A program made the translations under genes and the position numbers. A DNA stretch of 64,000 nt from Octopus sinensis (Eukaryota): positions 8,308,001 to 8,372,000 of the forward strand of contig NC_043002.1 in the NCBI RefSeq assembly GCF_006345805.1, written 5' to 3'. Below are positions 38,353 through 51,064 of the stretch, piece by piece. The notes beneath the pieces were generated by a model. The model saw only the letters and a program-made list of their open reading frames with translations. It was not told where the DNA came from and did not search any database. The first letter of the stretch is position 1, and every line of letters starts with the position of its first letter.

Positions 38353-38389
38353 GTCCGTTATTTACACTGCGTTCTTTTTGTTTGTTTTT

Positions 38390-38637
38390 GCACATGTGTG
38401 TGGGTCAGTGTGTGTGTATGTGTGCCTATGCATGCATGCATGTACGTATGTATGTGTGTGTGTTTGCACGTGTATGTATGTATATGTGTGTGTGTATGCA
38501 TATGTATATATGTATGTATCTGTGTGCATCTGTATGTATGTATCCTGTATATTTATGTGCTTGCATGTCCGTGTTTGTGTATTTTCTATGTATGTATGTG
38601 TGAGCATGTGTTTGTATATGTATGCACCTCTGTCTTT

Positions 38638-38672
<35 letters not shown>

Positions 38673-38830
38673 CATGTGTTTGTATATGTATGCACCTCTG
38701 TCTCCTTGTGTGTGCATGTCTGTGTGTGTGTGTGTGTGTTATGCAACTATGTACCATGTTTGTATGTGTGGATGTGCATCTTTATATGTGTGGATCCGTG
38801 TCTCCATATGTGTCTGTTCATATAGTCTAT
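38390..38830. repeat. Degenerate (TG)/(TATG) microsatellite
   Basis: Direct reading. Confidence 0.85.
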
Positions 38831-39087
38831 ATACCTATCCGTCTGTATATTGATCTGTTTATTTACATATCTATATGCTTACATACAGAAAAAAAAAAAA
38901 AGATTCTGCCTCCATTTTATGTATTTTTTTTCCAAGAGCTGCAAGACTTGTTGCTGCAGACTGCCACCAGTTTCATTGATTCTATTCTATCTGACACGCA
39001 CACATGTATATTTATGTATGCGTGAATGTATGTACGTAGCAATAGAATGAACCATCAACTGTTCCTTAGTACATCAAGATTTTACTA

Positions 39088-39635
39088 CACAAAATCAAAA
39101 ATCAAATTCGACGACTGGCATCCGTGCAAGTGGGGTGCAAAGAGCACCATACGAGTGTGATCATTGACAGAGTGGCTAACTGGCTTCCGTGCCAGTGGCA
39201 CTTAAAAGGCACCATATGAGCGTGATCGTTACCAGCGTCGCCTTACTGGCACTTGTGCCCATGCTAGTAGGGTGCCATGAGCACCATACGAGTGTGATCA
39301 TTGACAGAGCGGCTTCTGTGCCAGTGGCACTTAAAAGGCACCATTCAAGCGTGATCGTTACCAGCGTCACCTTACTGGCACCTGTGCCGGTGGCATGTGT
39401 AAAAGATTCAAGCGAGGTTGTTGCCAGTACCGCCTGACTGGCCCCGTGCCAGTGGCACGTAAAAGCACTCACTACACTCTCGGAGTGGTTGGCATGAGGA
39501 AGGGCATCCAGTTGTAGAAACTCTGCCAGATCAAGATTGAAGCCTGGTGCAGCCATCTGGTTCGCCAGTCCTCAGTCAAAATCGTCCAACCCATACTAGC
39601 ATGGAAAGTGGATGTTAAACAATGATGGTGATGAT
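39088..39635 (+). mobile_element. RTE-family 3' UTR copy with ~6 modules
   Basis: Colinear with the 806-1335 copy. Confidence 0.82.
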
Positions 39636-39680
39636 TTACATTTATATATTTGTTTTGCAAGATTCTTGATGTTGAAACAG

Positions 39681-39945
39681 ATATTGTTGTATTTGGCGAT
39701 GGTCATGTTGCCAGTTTAGCCAATGACCTACTGATTGGCAGGTCATTAGTAAGAAGAGACATACAAAAACGAAAGATGAAAGTAAAAGACCACTGATGAG
39801 GTCACAGCAGTGTGATGAAAGAACTCTGGCCGAAATACAATTCATATAAAATAAAGCTGAAGCAAGTGAACACCAAATACATAGTGCATGTGTTTTTATT
39901 GGCTAAACTGGCAACATGACGACCATCCCCAAGTACAACAATATA
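39681..39945. mobile_element. Fold-back element (~45-bp arms) enclosing a hammerhead-like core at 39793-39835
   Basis: Inverted arms 39681-39724 / 39898-39945; CTGATGA-GGTCA...TGGCC-GAAA. Confidence 0.6.
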
Positions 39946-40255
39946 TACATTTAGTATCCTTTCTTTCTACAAAAATAACAGATAAAAAAGTGCTAGTCAC
40001 ACACTAGTTGAATTATCTTCACTGTAATATATGTTACATAAACATGGTTCAAGTTATAACACCTGTGATTAAATATCTGTTTTATTTTTTTTATGCATTA
40101 TTACTAGAGAAGTATGGATTAGCTAGACTATAAAAAATACTTTTTAAATGTTTCTACATACGATACATTTTGAATGGTACAATATCATAGCAATTGATTG
40201 TATTAAAACCATGGTTATAAAATAACAGATCTTTAGATCAATCCTAAATAAAAAA

Positions 40256-40290
<35 letters not shown>

Positions 40291-40455
40291 GAGAGAAGGA
40301 ATGCGGTCAGTGAAGATGATCAAAAGTAGATTGATTGACACAAGGTAGATAAAAAAGATAAGTCCATTATTTACTTCACAACAATACAATCTCAAATATA
40401 ATGCAATTCCTACTTTTACAAATTAGTGACATATTTATCCATTTAAAAAAAATTT

Positions 40456-40866
40456 AGGCATAGGAGTGGCTGTGTGATAAGTAGCTTGCTTACTAACCAC
40501 ATGGTTCCGGGTTCAGTCCCACTGCGTGGCACCTTGGGCAAATGTCTTCTACTATAGCCTCGGGCTGATCAAAGCCTTGTGAGTGGATTTGGTAGATGGA
40601 AACTGAAAGAAGCCCGTCATATATATGTATATATACATATATATATAAATATATGTGTGTGTGTGTGTTTGTGTGTCTGTGTTTGTCCCCACAACATCGC
40701 TTCACGACCGATGCTGGTGTGTTTACGTCCCCGTAACTTAGCTGTTTGGCAAAAGAGACCGATAGAATAAGTACTAGGCTTACAAAAGAATAAGTCCTGG
40801 GATCGATTGGCTCAACTAAAGGCGGTGCTCCAGCATGGCCACAGTCAAATGACTGAAACAAATAAA
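40456..40866 (+). mobile_element. SINE family 1 full-length copy
   Basis: Near-identical to the other copies. Confidence 0.9.
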
Positions 40867-42904
40867 ATTTATAAATCAATTATGATGCCATCCCTTAATT
40901 CTGACCCTGATATTTTCTATTAAATTTTTCACATTTAATAAACAAGCAAACATGGTAGTCCAATAATACCACAATGCTATTATATTTCCAGGAATTTATA
41001 TTGAAATAATCTTCAGATTTTGTTTGTTAGTCACTGTCATATTAGTCACACAGTATTTTGTATATTTATGTATTGTTTCTTTTTGTAGTTGAACACTATA
41101 CAAAGGTGAAAACATCGTTAGATAATATGCCTAAGAAACCTTAACAATCTTCCTGGTTTTCAAGAATATCTTTTTTTATATTTGAAATAAATCAATGTCT
41201 TTGTTCAGGACAGAGAAGAAACTGTCACATAATCAAATTCTAATTAAAATTTTTATAGCTCCATAACAAATTGGCTTTATGCCTTATTTGGAATCAATTT
41301 CTACTCTGAGAACTAGCAACGTTAAGAAAACAGTTTTCATTATTTCATAAAATAATATTTAAAAAAAAAGGAGAGAAAATATTCTTCTCCAAAATAATTC
41401 CATCAATTCTTGTATACATGCACACACACATATTTTAAGATAACATTATTTTATTGATATACAGAGAGGTTTAAGAAGCCCGTTTGATATTCAGGCTTGC
41501 CATTTAATCAATGCTGCTATTGCTATTCTCAAGCATTTAACATTTTCGGTAATAAACAGTTTCAAGGGTTTTTGTTGCACATGAAAATGGCTGTGTAGTT
41601 AAGAAGGTTGTATCAAAGGGCACTATGACATACAGCACACATTATGCATTTTTAGACCAAATGGAGCCCAACCTTCTCCAGGGCTGAGTACAGCCAAAAT
41701 CTCCCAGAAGAGATGGAGTAAGTCAGATAGATAGAAAAAAGAGTGAATGAGAAGAATGAACCTAGTACAGGACTGGTACTTTCATCTGAAGATTGCCAAT
41801 GAGAAATCTGGAGTAAATATTTATATCTCTACAGTTTGTGTCAACCAAATTTCACAAAGCTTTGTTCAGTCTGTGGTGAATGACATTTACCTAAGATCAA
41901 ACTTGTAATCACATGGTTACTACTTCTTAGCCCATGGCTATGCCTGTAGCCATATATGGGCATTCCATCCCAAAGGACACCAAATTAAAGAGTAAACAAA
42001 AAGTGAGCTACAATCTTTCAGTCTCTGATAAAATTGTTTTAATAGGAAACCCCTCAGCTGTAAGGCCATATCTCTTTTCTGATTTAGTCTTGCAGTGGAG
42101 GAGGAGAAAGAGTGTAATGGAATTTAAAAAATCTAATGAATATATCTGGAGCATACAACTGGGAAACAGAACAAATGTCTTGATGATGATGATGACTCTG
42201 ACAAAGTTAAGAAGATGACAACTGATGATCTTTAAGATGAGGATAATGATTATGATGACAATGATAATGGTGAGCTACTCATCAAAATGACAAAATTCCA
42301 ACAGTTAAAATACTTTTGAAACTGAGTTATGGTCTGTTTACAGCTGAATTCAATTAAATCTAGTCAGAGTCACCAATTCTCTGGAGGGATCATACCAAAT
42401 TTCCAATAGAAAGGCTTCAATAATCTATTTGTCTGTTCACAAGCTTGTCTTAAAAAATTCAATTAGAGCAAGCTAACATTGAACCAGTTCTTGAACAAAT
42501 AACTCTTTGAGCTAATGTGACATGAGTAAATACAAAAATATTTCAAAATTAATGATTGTATTAAAAAGATGCTTGGAACTTATAATTTAGACAGCTCCTT
42601 GCTTTTCTTATGGTCAACATTTCACAAGTTATAGTTTTATTTTAATCAATTTCTTTAATTTTAAAACAAATCATTTTGGCAACTTCTCTTTAATAGACTG
42701 ATTTAGCTTAAAGAATAATTTCTTTTCTTTTTTTTTTCCTACTAAATATAGATTTTTGGTATCTTTCTTTTATTAAATAGATTACATCAATTTTAATGTG
42801 AATTATTTTATTACATTTACAAGATTAAACTTATTGGCATTTTGTGTCAATAATTTGACTGTTGGCAATTTTGACCTCAGGGATTCTGTCTGTAAATGAA
42901 CAAT

Positions 42905-43310
42905 GCGTAGGAGTGGCTGTGTGATAAGTAGCTTGCTCACCAACCACATGGTTCCGGGTTCAGTCCCACTGTGTTGCACCTTGGGCAAGTGTCTTCTACT
43001 ATAGCCTCGGGTCGACCAAAGCCTTGTGAGTGGATTTGGTAGACGGAAACTGAAAGAAGCTTGTTATATATATGTATATATATATATGTGTGTGTGTATG
43101 TTTGTGTGTCTGTGTTTGTCCCCTCAACATCGCTTGACAACCGATGCTGGTGTGTTTACGTCCCCATAACTTAGCACTTCGGCAAAAGAGACCGATAGAA
43201 TAAGTACTAGACTTACAAAGAATAAGTCCTGGGGTCGATTTGCTCGACTAAAGGCAGTGCTCCAGCATGGCCACAGTCAAATGACTGAAACCAGTAAAAG
43301 AGTAAGAGTA
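42905..43310 (+). mobile_element. SINE family 1 full-length copy
   Basis: Near-identical to the other copies. Confidence 0.9.
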
Positions 43311-43553
43311 ATGCTGATAATACTGAAGCCAACAATTTTGATGAAAAACTATTTTCTGAGACATAAGTTTTTGAGTACTGAACATTTGGTCAAGATATTG
43401 ACTTTTTATATTAGTGGACTGTAGTAATTTAGTAGAAAGAAGACTTGATTAATATCTCTATATAATTGGTAATATTTTTTTTTACTGACCCAAGAAGGAT
43501 GAAAGTTAAAACCAACCTCAGTAAGATTTGATCTCATATTAAAGACATTCAAG

Positions 43554-44789
43554 CAGGGCCGTGGATAAGCCCCTGGGACTCCACGGTTGAAGCCCCCCCC
43601 CCATGTTAAGGAAACATAGGGTGTACCATAAATAAATTTAAAAGAAACAAAATGTAAATGAAAGAAAAAAGGAGATGAAAGAAAAACAAAAGACAAAGGA
43701 AAGAAGCAATGGTGATGTATACTTATACATACATATAGCCATATACACACACACATATATATGGCTGGCTTTTATGTTTCGGTCTACCAAGTCCATTCAC
43801 AAGGCTTTGTCCAGGAGTGAGAGAGAGAGAGAGAGAGAAGACACACACACATGTACATAGATACATACACCCACACACATTCGTTGTTATTTGCAGTTGA
43901 AAAGCTAGTAGCTTTGTACCCAGAACAGTGGCCTTTGACCTCTTAAGGCAATAAAAACTGGAGACAAAATTCTTTCTGTACCAAAAAGAAAACAAGGTAT
44001 ATGCACACAAACACACCTGAAGTTTGTGTGTGTTTATATGTGTGTGTGTGTGTGTATTTATCTATGTACATATATAAAGATAGAGATATTGTTTGGTCAC
44101 TGTCACCAAGTATCTCAATTCTTCAGTTGTAACTATTTTGTGATGAGGTATTTTATTTTGTAAGGTACTATTTTTCCCTTGAATTTGTGATCTCAGAGGA
44201 AAGTAAGAATTTCTTTATATTCTGAATCATTGGTATTTTGACTTTACAATTTGAAATGTAGAATTGTCAATTCAATCGAAATATTGCAACAGCTAACAGT
44301 GGAATATAGAATTTTTTTTTTAAAAACAAAGGCTTTTTCAACTGTGATCCAGTCTTTGAGAACATTCATGTCTATTTTTCAAAATGATATAATTTGAAAT
44401 AGTTGCTTTTGTTTTGGACTGAAATTTTTTTGTATTTTAATATTCTTGAATAAACTTCTTTGCATACAAAAGCTGAGACAACTATACTCCACAGTTGTTA
44501 TTTTGAAACGCTTGTCATCTGATATTTGAGAGTCCATTGAATAAATATTAAACCCTATTAAATACTGGCCTTCCTAAACATGAAATAATACGATAACTCC
44601 AGCTCTGAATAAATCTAATTTGTACTTTTAAAGATGTTCTTAACGAGAATGTAAAATATTGAACTTCATTTAGAATAAAGTAAAATATAGCTATGAATAA
44701 AAGGTGCATAGATTATGAATTTTGATTGAAGAGATGGGGCCTTGAAACAGAAAGTTGCAAGGGCCCCTAAAAGTCATGCAGTGGCCCTG
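43554..44789. mobile_element. hAT-superfamily non-autonomous element
   Basis: CAGGGCC...GGCCCTG termini with an exact 8-bp TSD CATTCAAG. Confidence 0.8.
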
Positions 44790-45287
44790 CATTCAAGTCA
44801 TGACCACTCTGTTATTTCTTAGGCATCACATATTGAAAACAATATTATGGAAAGTGTTCTTCCCTTTCCAAGAAATTAAGGTTTGATGTGAGAGAGATTT
44901 AGTTACTACTTCAAGTGTTCTCTCTATACTAAGACGATGGAATGGCAGAATTATTAAAGCAGTAGACAAAATACCTTGTGACATTTACAAGTTGCTCTTT
45001 GAAGCCAATTTTGTCTTTCATTCTTCTGAGATCAAGAAAATATGACTGGAATGCTTGATCAAAGGGATATTTTGGTGAAACAACAATGTACTGTTTATGG
45101 AGAGAGGATCGGCTCAATGAGCCATAAACATGCTATGAGTTCAGACATGGCTTTGTGGCTAACAAGTTTGTTTCACAATCCTGGAGGAGTGTCTTAGGAT
45201 GAATAATATACTTGTGAGTGGAATTTGGTTGATAGAAACTGTGCAGAAGCCCATCATGTGTGTGTGTGTGTATCATATTGAATTCTA

Positions 45288-45328
<41 letters not shown>

Positions 45329-45664
45329 TGAGAGAGAGAGAGAGAGAGGGATGGAGGGAGAGAGGTAGATAGATAGGCATAGGTGTGCTATGTAGTTGAG
45401 AAGTTTGTTTCACAGATATGTGATTCCAGGTTCAATTTCCTGCTGAATCTTCTGGTTCGGGCCTGAGTTTTACCAAACTTTTAGCAAAACCTGATGCAAT
45501 ATCTCTTCTTGATACATTTGGTGGAAACAAAATTTCAATGAGTGCAGATTACATGTCTACTATACTCAAAGCATAACAACCAGGAAGTGACAGTCTACTG
45601 GCATGGAAATTTTCATGCAGGCACAGGAATGATGGTGTCACCTCCCACCCAAAGAATTTTGCCC

Positions 45665-46306
45665 ATGCATCATGGCCGTTTGCCAGCCTGCTCTGGCCTG
45701 TGCCGCTGGGACATAAAAAACACTCACTACACTCACAGAGTGGTTGGCGTTAGGAAGGGCATCCAGCTGTAGAAACACTGTCAAATCAGACTAGAGCCCG
45801 GTGCAGCCTCCATGGCTTCCAGGCCCCGATCGAACCATCCAACCCATGCCAGCATGGAAAACGGATGTTAAATGATGATGATGATGATTAGTTTTGGCAG
45901 AAAAAAATGAAGTTGGCTACTTTTTTAATGCACCTCATATCTATCTCCTACTATACGTGTTGAGTGCCTGTTTCTTTTGTCCATTCACCTGTAAATGTAA
46001 ATAATTACAGGTTCACACTGATGTAAATTGCAATTAAGCAAGAAATGTTCTCAATGCTGTTAAAGTGGAATATTATTATTTGAGCAAGGACATTGCCAGT
46101 ACCGCCTGACTGGCCCCGTGCCAGTGGCACGTAAAAGCACTCACTACACTCTCGGAGTGGTTGGCGTTAGGAAGGGCATCCAGCTGTAGAAACTCTGCCA
46201 GATCAAGATTGAAGCCTGGTGCAGCCATCTGGTTCGCCAGCCCTCAGTCATTCGTCCAACCCATGCCAGCATGGAAAGCGGACGTTAAACGATGATGATG
46301 ATGATG
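45665..46306 (+). mobile_element. Two RTE-family 3' ends (45665-45888 and 46092-46306); shorter tails also at 20084-20163(-), 52202-52315 and 53870-53967
   Basis: Family match with (GAT)n tails. Confidence 0.78.
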
Positions 46307-47291
46307 AATTAAAGTTGTGTCTGTGTGAAGAATCACTTGGATTTTCCACTTTGGGACCTAACACAAAACTCTGAGTAATGCCTTCCTTGGATGAGGCTTT
46401 GAAGAATTAAATACTCTCTCTGTATGTGCATGTGCTTGTGTGCATGTGTTTATCATGCACTCAGAAATACAGAAATGTCCTTTACTGTTAATGTCCAGCT
46501 AAAGCTGATGTCCACTTTGCAGTTTGGTTTGCTGCTTGAGAATCAAGAAATATATTTTATAGTAGACAAAACATTAGGGTCAATATAAACAAAGCCATGA
46601 TGCTCCAGCATGGCCATGGAGTCCAATGAGTGAAACCACCAAAAGAAAGTTAAAAGAATCTGCTATGAATTCTTCACCCTGTGCTAAAGGGGGAAAAAAA
46701 ATCGATATTTTCGAATTGGTGAAAATAGAAAGGACTGAGATTATTGCTTAATGGTATTAGGCAACAGATTCCATGTCTTGGAGCCATAATATTCTAGTAA
46801 TTTCTTTCCTCAAATATGATTCTTAACAGGTAGGTAGATAGGTAGATATTTGCCATAAATAGCAAAACAGCTTGTGAGAGAAGAAAGAAAGAAAACACGG
46901 AGTCAAAGTACTGAAACTAATTTCATTTTCTGTTATTTATTTTCTCTTTTTTTCCTCCCCCTCTGAGAAAAGAAACAAGAAAAATCAATACAAGTGGATG
47001 ATGTAAGCTCCAGATGATGTGAGCTACAGATGATGTGAGTTACAGATGTTTTAATGTTTTAAGAGAATGGGATACAGAATGGATGGAAAAGGAAGAGAAA
47101 GAACATGAAGTTAGACAAAAACCATGAAAATCCAGTTAAGTACACACAGACACACACTCACATCACTAGGTAGTAACTTGTGAAGAAATGTCTTTTAAAC
47201 GAACTTATTATTAATGAATGAAGTCTGGTATAAAATTGTTGAGGTATCAACTTTTCTTTCTTTCTTTTCTTTCTAGTATTTGGTGATTGAA

Positions 47292-47366
<75 letters not shown>

Positions 47367-47511
47367 AAGTGAATGAGAAGAACAGGCAATGCTCAGTGGA
47401 GCATTTCATAGCTTAATCAGTAAATTCACAAGCACCACTAAAATCTCTCTCTTTTCTTCCTTTTTCTTTTACTCTTTTTCATTATACATGCACTAATACA
47501 CACACACACAC

Positions 47512-47548
<37 letters not shown>

Positions 47549-47669
47549 TATGTATATATAGTTATATATACATATATATACATATATATAGTTATATGTA
47601 TATATAGTTATATATACATATATATACATATATATAGTTATATGTATATATAGTTATATATACATATAT

Positions 47670-47881
47670 ACTCTTACTCTTTACTCTTTTACTTGTTTCA
47701 GTCATTTGACTGCGGCCATGCTGGAGCACCGCCTTTAATCGAGCAACTCGACCCCGGGACTTTGTAAGCCCAGTACTTATGCTATCGGTCCCTTTTGCCG
47801 AACCGCTAAGTAACGGGGACGTAAACACATCAGCATCGGTTGTCAAGCAGTGCTAGGGGGACAACACAGACACACAAACAC

Positions 47882-47961
<80 letters not shown>

Positions 47962-48018
47962 TATAATATATATATTATTATATATATATATATATAATAT
48001 ATATACATATATAATATA

Positions 48019-48094
<76 letters not shown>

Positions 48095-48296
48095 CATATA
48101 TATATACATATAATATATATATATATACAATATATATACATATATAATATATTATATATAATATATACATATATATACATATATATATATACATTATATA
48201 TATATAATACATTATATATACATATATACATATATATACATATATATATACATATATATATACTATATATATATATATAATATATATATAATATAT

Positions 48297-48340
<44 letters not shown>

Positions 48341-48506
48341 TACGACAGGCTTCTTTCAGTTTCCGTCTACCAAATCCACTCACAAGGCATTGGTCGGCCC
48401 GGGGCTATAGCAGAAGACACTTGCCCAAGATGCCACGCAGTGGGATTGAACCCGGAACCATGTGGTTGGTTAGCAAGCTACTTACCACACAGCCACTCCT
48501 GCGCCT
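47670..48506 (-). mobile_element. SINE family 1 copy with internal microsatellite expanded to ~470 bp, directly downstream of tRNA-Asp
   Basis: Head 48342-48506, tail 47670-47870, TA/CA tract between. Confidence 0.9.
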
Positions 48507-48508
48507 AT

Positions 48509-48531
48509 AAAAAAAAAAAAAAAAAAAAAAA
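48509..48531 (-). terminator. Pol III oligo-T terminator (T23) after tRNA-Asp
   Basis: T run begins 6 nt after the tRNA 3' end. Confidence 0.8.
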
Positions 48532-48537
48532 CTGGGC

Positions 48538-48609
48538 CTCCCCGGCGGGGAATCGAACCCCGGTCTCCCGCGTGACAGGCGGGGATACTTACCACTATAC
48601 TACCGAGGA
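48538..48609 (-). tRNA. tRNA-Asp (anticodon GTC), intronic
   Basis: TCCTCGGTAGTATAGTGGTAAGTATCCCCGCCTGTCACGCGGGAGACCGGGGTTCGATTCCCCGCCGGGGAG: 72 nt, full cloverleaf, intact A and B boxes, no encoded CCA. Confidence 0.96.
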
Positions 48610-49134
48610 CAGTATATATATATACATATATATAACTATATATATATACATATATAAATATAGTTATATGTACATACATATACACAAATTTGTGCATGTA
48701 TGAGTGTGTATGTAATAATTTCTGTCTTTCTTAGAGAGAGAGAGAGAGAGATAGAGAGAAGGAGAGACAGAGAAACAGACAGCGTGAGGTGAAGAGCATG
48801 TTTGGTTTGTAGTTAAATAAAACGGCTGATTTAATCTCATCCAAACTAATAAAAACAGACGATGATGTTTCTCTGGTAATAAGCATCACCACTGTTTGAA
48901 CTCGGTGGGGAGACGTGAGGACGGGGTTTGGATAAGGAATAAAAACTGGTTATTAGGATAATAATGGTGTCGGTTATACTCCTAACGTTTATAAGAATAC
49001 ATGAACTGTTATAACATGTGGGTTTTCAGTTTGTAAAGCCGTGTAAGCTACTGAACTAAGTATGCAAACATCAAGTTAATGAAGCTGCTTCTAGTGCTTG
49101 ACATGTTAGGAAAAGTATTGACATCCTAAATATA

Positions 49135-50048
49135 CAGGGTGTCCATAAAGTCTCTTTACAATTTAAAAAAATTATTACAAAGGCAGTTGATGAGATATTT
49201 TAACCAGATTTATTTTATTTTAATAATTGTTTATTAAAGTTTTTATTGATATTAAATTTTTGTGTTTCAGATACTCTGTTGATGGAAGGGAACTGATTCA
49301 CTGAACCCCTATAAAATGAGGATGAAGCATACCTCAAGTGAGTTTGTTTTAGTGACGAGGTGACTTTTTCATGTTTCAGGGAAATTAAACAGACACAATG
49401 TGAGAATCTGGGGATCAGAACACCTCCATGTGACTAGGGAGCTTCAACGGAATAGTCCAAAAGTGAATGTGTGGTGTGGAATCATGTGCAATCGAATAAT
49501 TGGTCCATTTTTCTTCAACGAGGCAACAATTACTGCAAATGTTTACATTGACCTTCTGACCGAATATGTGGCACCACAACTGATTGATTTACAACCAGCC
49601 ATCATTTTCCAGCAAGATGGTGCACCACCACATTGGGGACAGCCTGTTCGTCAGTTCTTCAATCAAACATTTCCAGACCGTTGGATTAGAAGGGATGGGC
49701 CAATTCCACAGCCACAGCGTTTGCCAGATATCACTCCTTTGGACTTCTTTTTATGGGGGTTATGTAAAAGATATCGTGTATCAAACAAAGATATTGTTGA
49801 CTTGAAGCAAATGATTCGTAATGGCATTGCCACCGTTGATGAGGCTATCCTACAGTGAACTTGGCAAGAAATTGAGTACCGTCTTGATGTGATTCATGCA
49901 ACTAATGGTGCCCATACTGAGGTCTATTAAATAACTGTTAAACAAACTTTAATAAACAGCTATTACAATAAAACAAATCTGGTCAAGATATCTCAACTGT
50001 CTTTGTAATAAAATTTTAAAATTGTAAAGAGACTTTATGGACACCCTG
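49135..50048 (+). mobile_element. Tc1/mariner DD41D (rosa/Visitor) element, internally deleted
   Basis: ~105-bp TIRs CAGGGTGTCCATAAAGTC, TA TSD; FSDE...QQDGAPPH-(41 aa spacing)-DFFLWG. Confidence 0.92.
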
Positions 50049-50831
50049 TACTATGTCTGGACAAAAAGATGGGATGGTCATAACTGGAATGGCCTTGATT
50101 ATGGGTTTGTATGATCAGTTTAACAACTATACAGAAAAGGAGGCCACTAAATGGTTGCTTGATCTACCAAGTCTATCAAAATACAGCCTTCGGTCTTAAA
50201 AAAAAATGTAGTCCTACAGAAACTATACTCAAACCAAAAAAGATGGAATGGTCATAGGCAGAAAACTTGATCAGGATTGAACTGAAACAAGTAAAATCTT
50301 ATATATTCAAAGGAGATATCATTATTTGTAGTAAATTGTAGGTGGAGGCACCATTTGACCAGTCACTTTATAAGCAATCTTCTTTTTCTAGTAATAGCCT
50401 CATGGAGATATTATTTATCATAAATCAGACCACACCAAAAAAAAGAATATCTCAACCCAGTAATCCTGAATTCTCAACTGACAAATAATAGCCCTTTACC
50501 CACAAATATGTGAAACTTTTTGCTCCATCTCATTCTTTATAAATGAGAAAACAAAAAAATTTGCATCCACATTACCCTTCAATCACAGACACTATTATCT
50601 TAAAAACAGAATAATAAAAAAAGAATACATTGGGTAACAATTTTTTTGGTATCGTTTAGTCAAAGAGGGAAGGACAGCACACATGACTCCTTATTTTTTT
50701 CAGGGTTTGCAGGAAGAGAAGAGAAAGATATTCTCAAACTGGAAACCTAGCTAGAAGCTTGCAACAGAGTGAACTCTGCTAAAGAAACTAAAGGATAAGG
50801 CAATGGTGTTAAGCTGGTGTTAAGTTGATCA

Positions 50832-51064
50832 AAGGCGGCGAGCTGGCAGAAACGTTAGCACGCTGGGCGAAATGCATAGCCGTATTTCGTCTGCCGTTAC
50901 ATTTTGAGTTCAAATCCCGCCAAGATCGACTTTGCCTTTCATCCTTTCGGGGTTGATAAATTAAGTACCAGTTACGCACTGGGGTCGATGTAATCGACTT
51001 AATTCGTTTGTCTGTCCTTGTTTGTCCCCTCTGTGTTTAGCCCCTTCTGGATAGTAAAGAAATA
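50832..51064 (+). mobile_element. SINE family 2 copy
   Basis: 11-bp TSD GTTAAGTTGAT. Confidence 0.9.
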
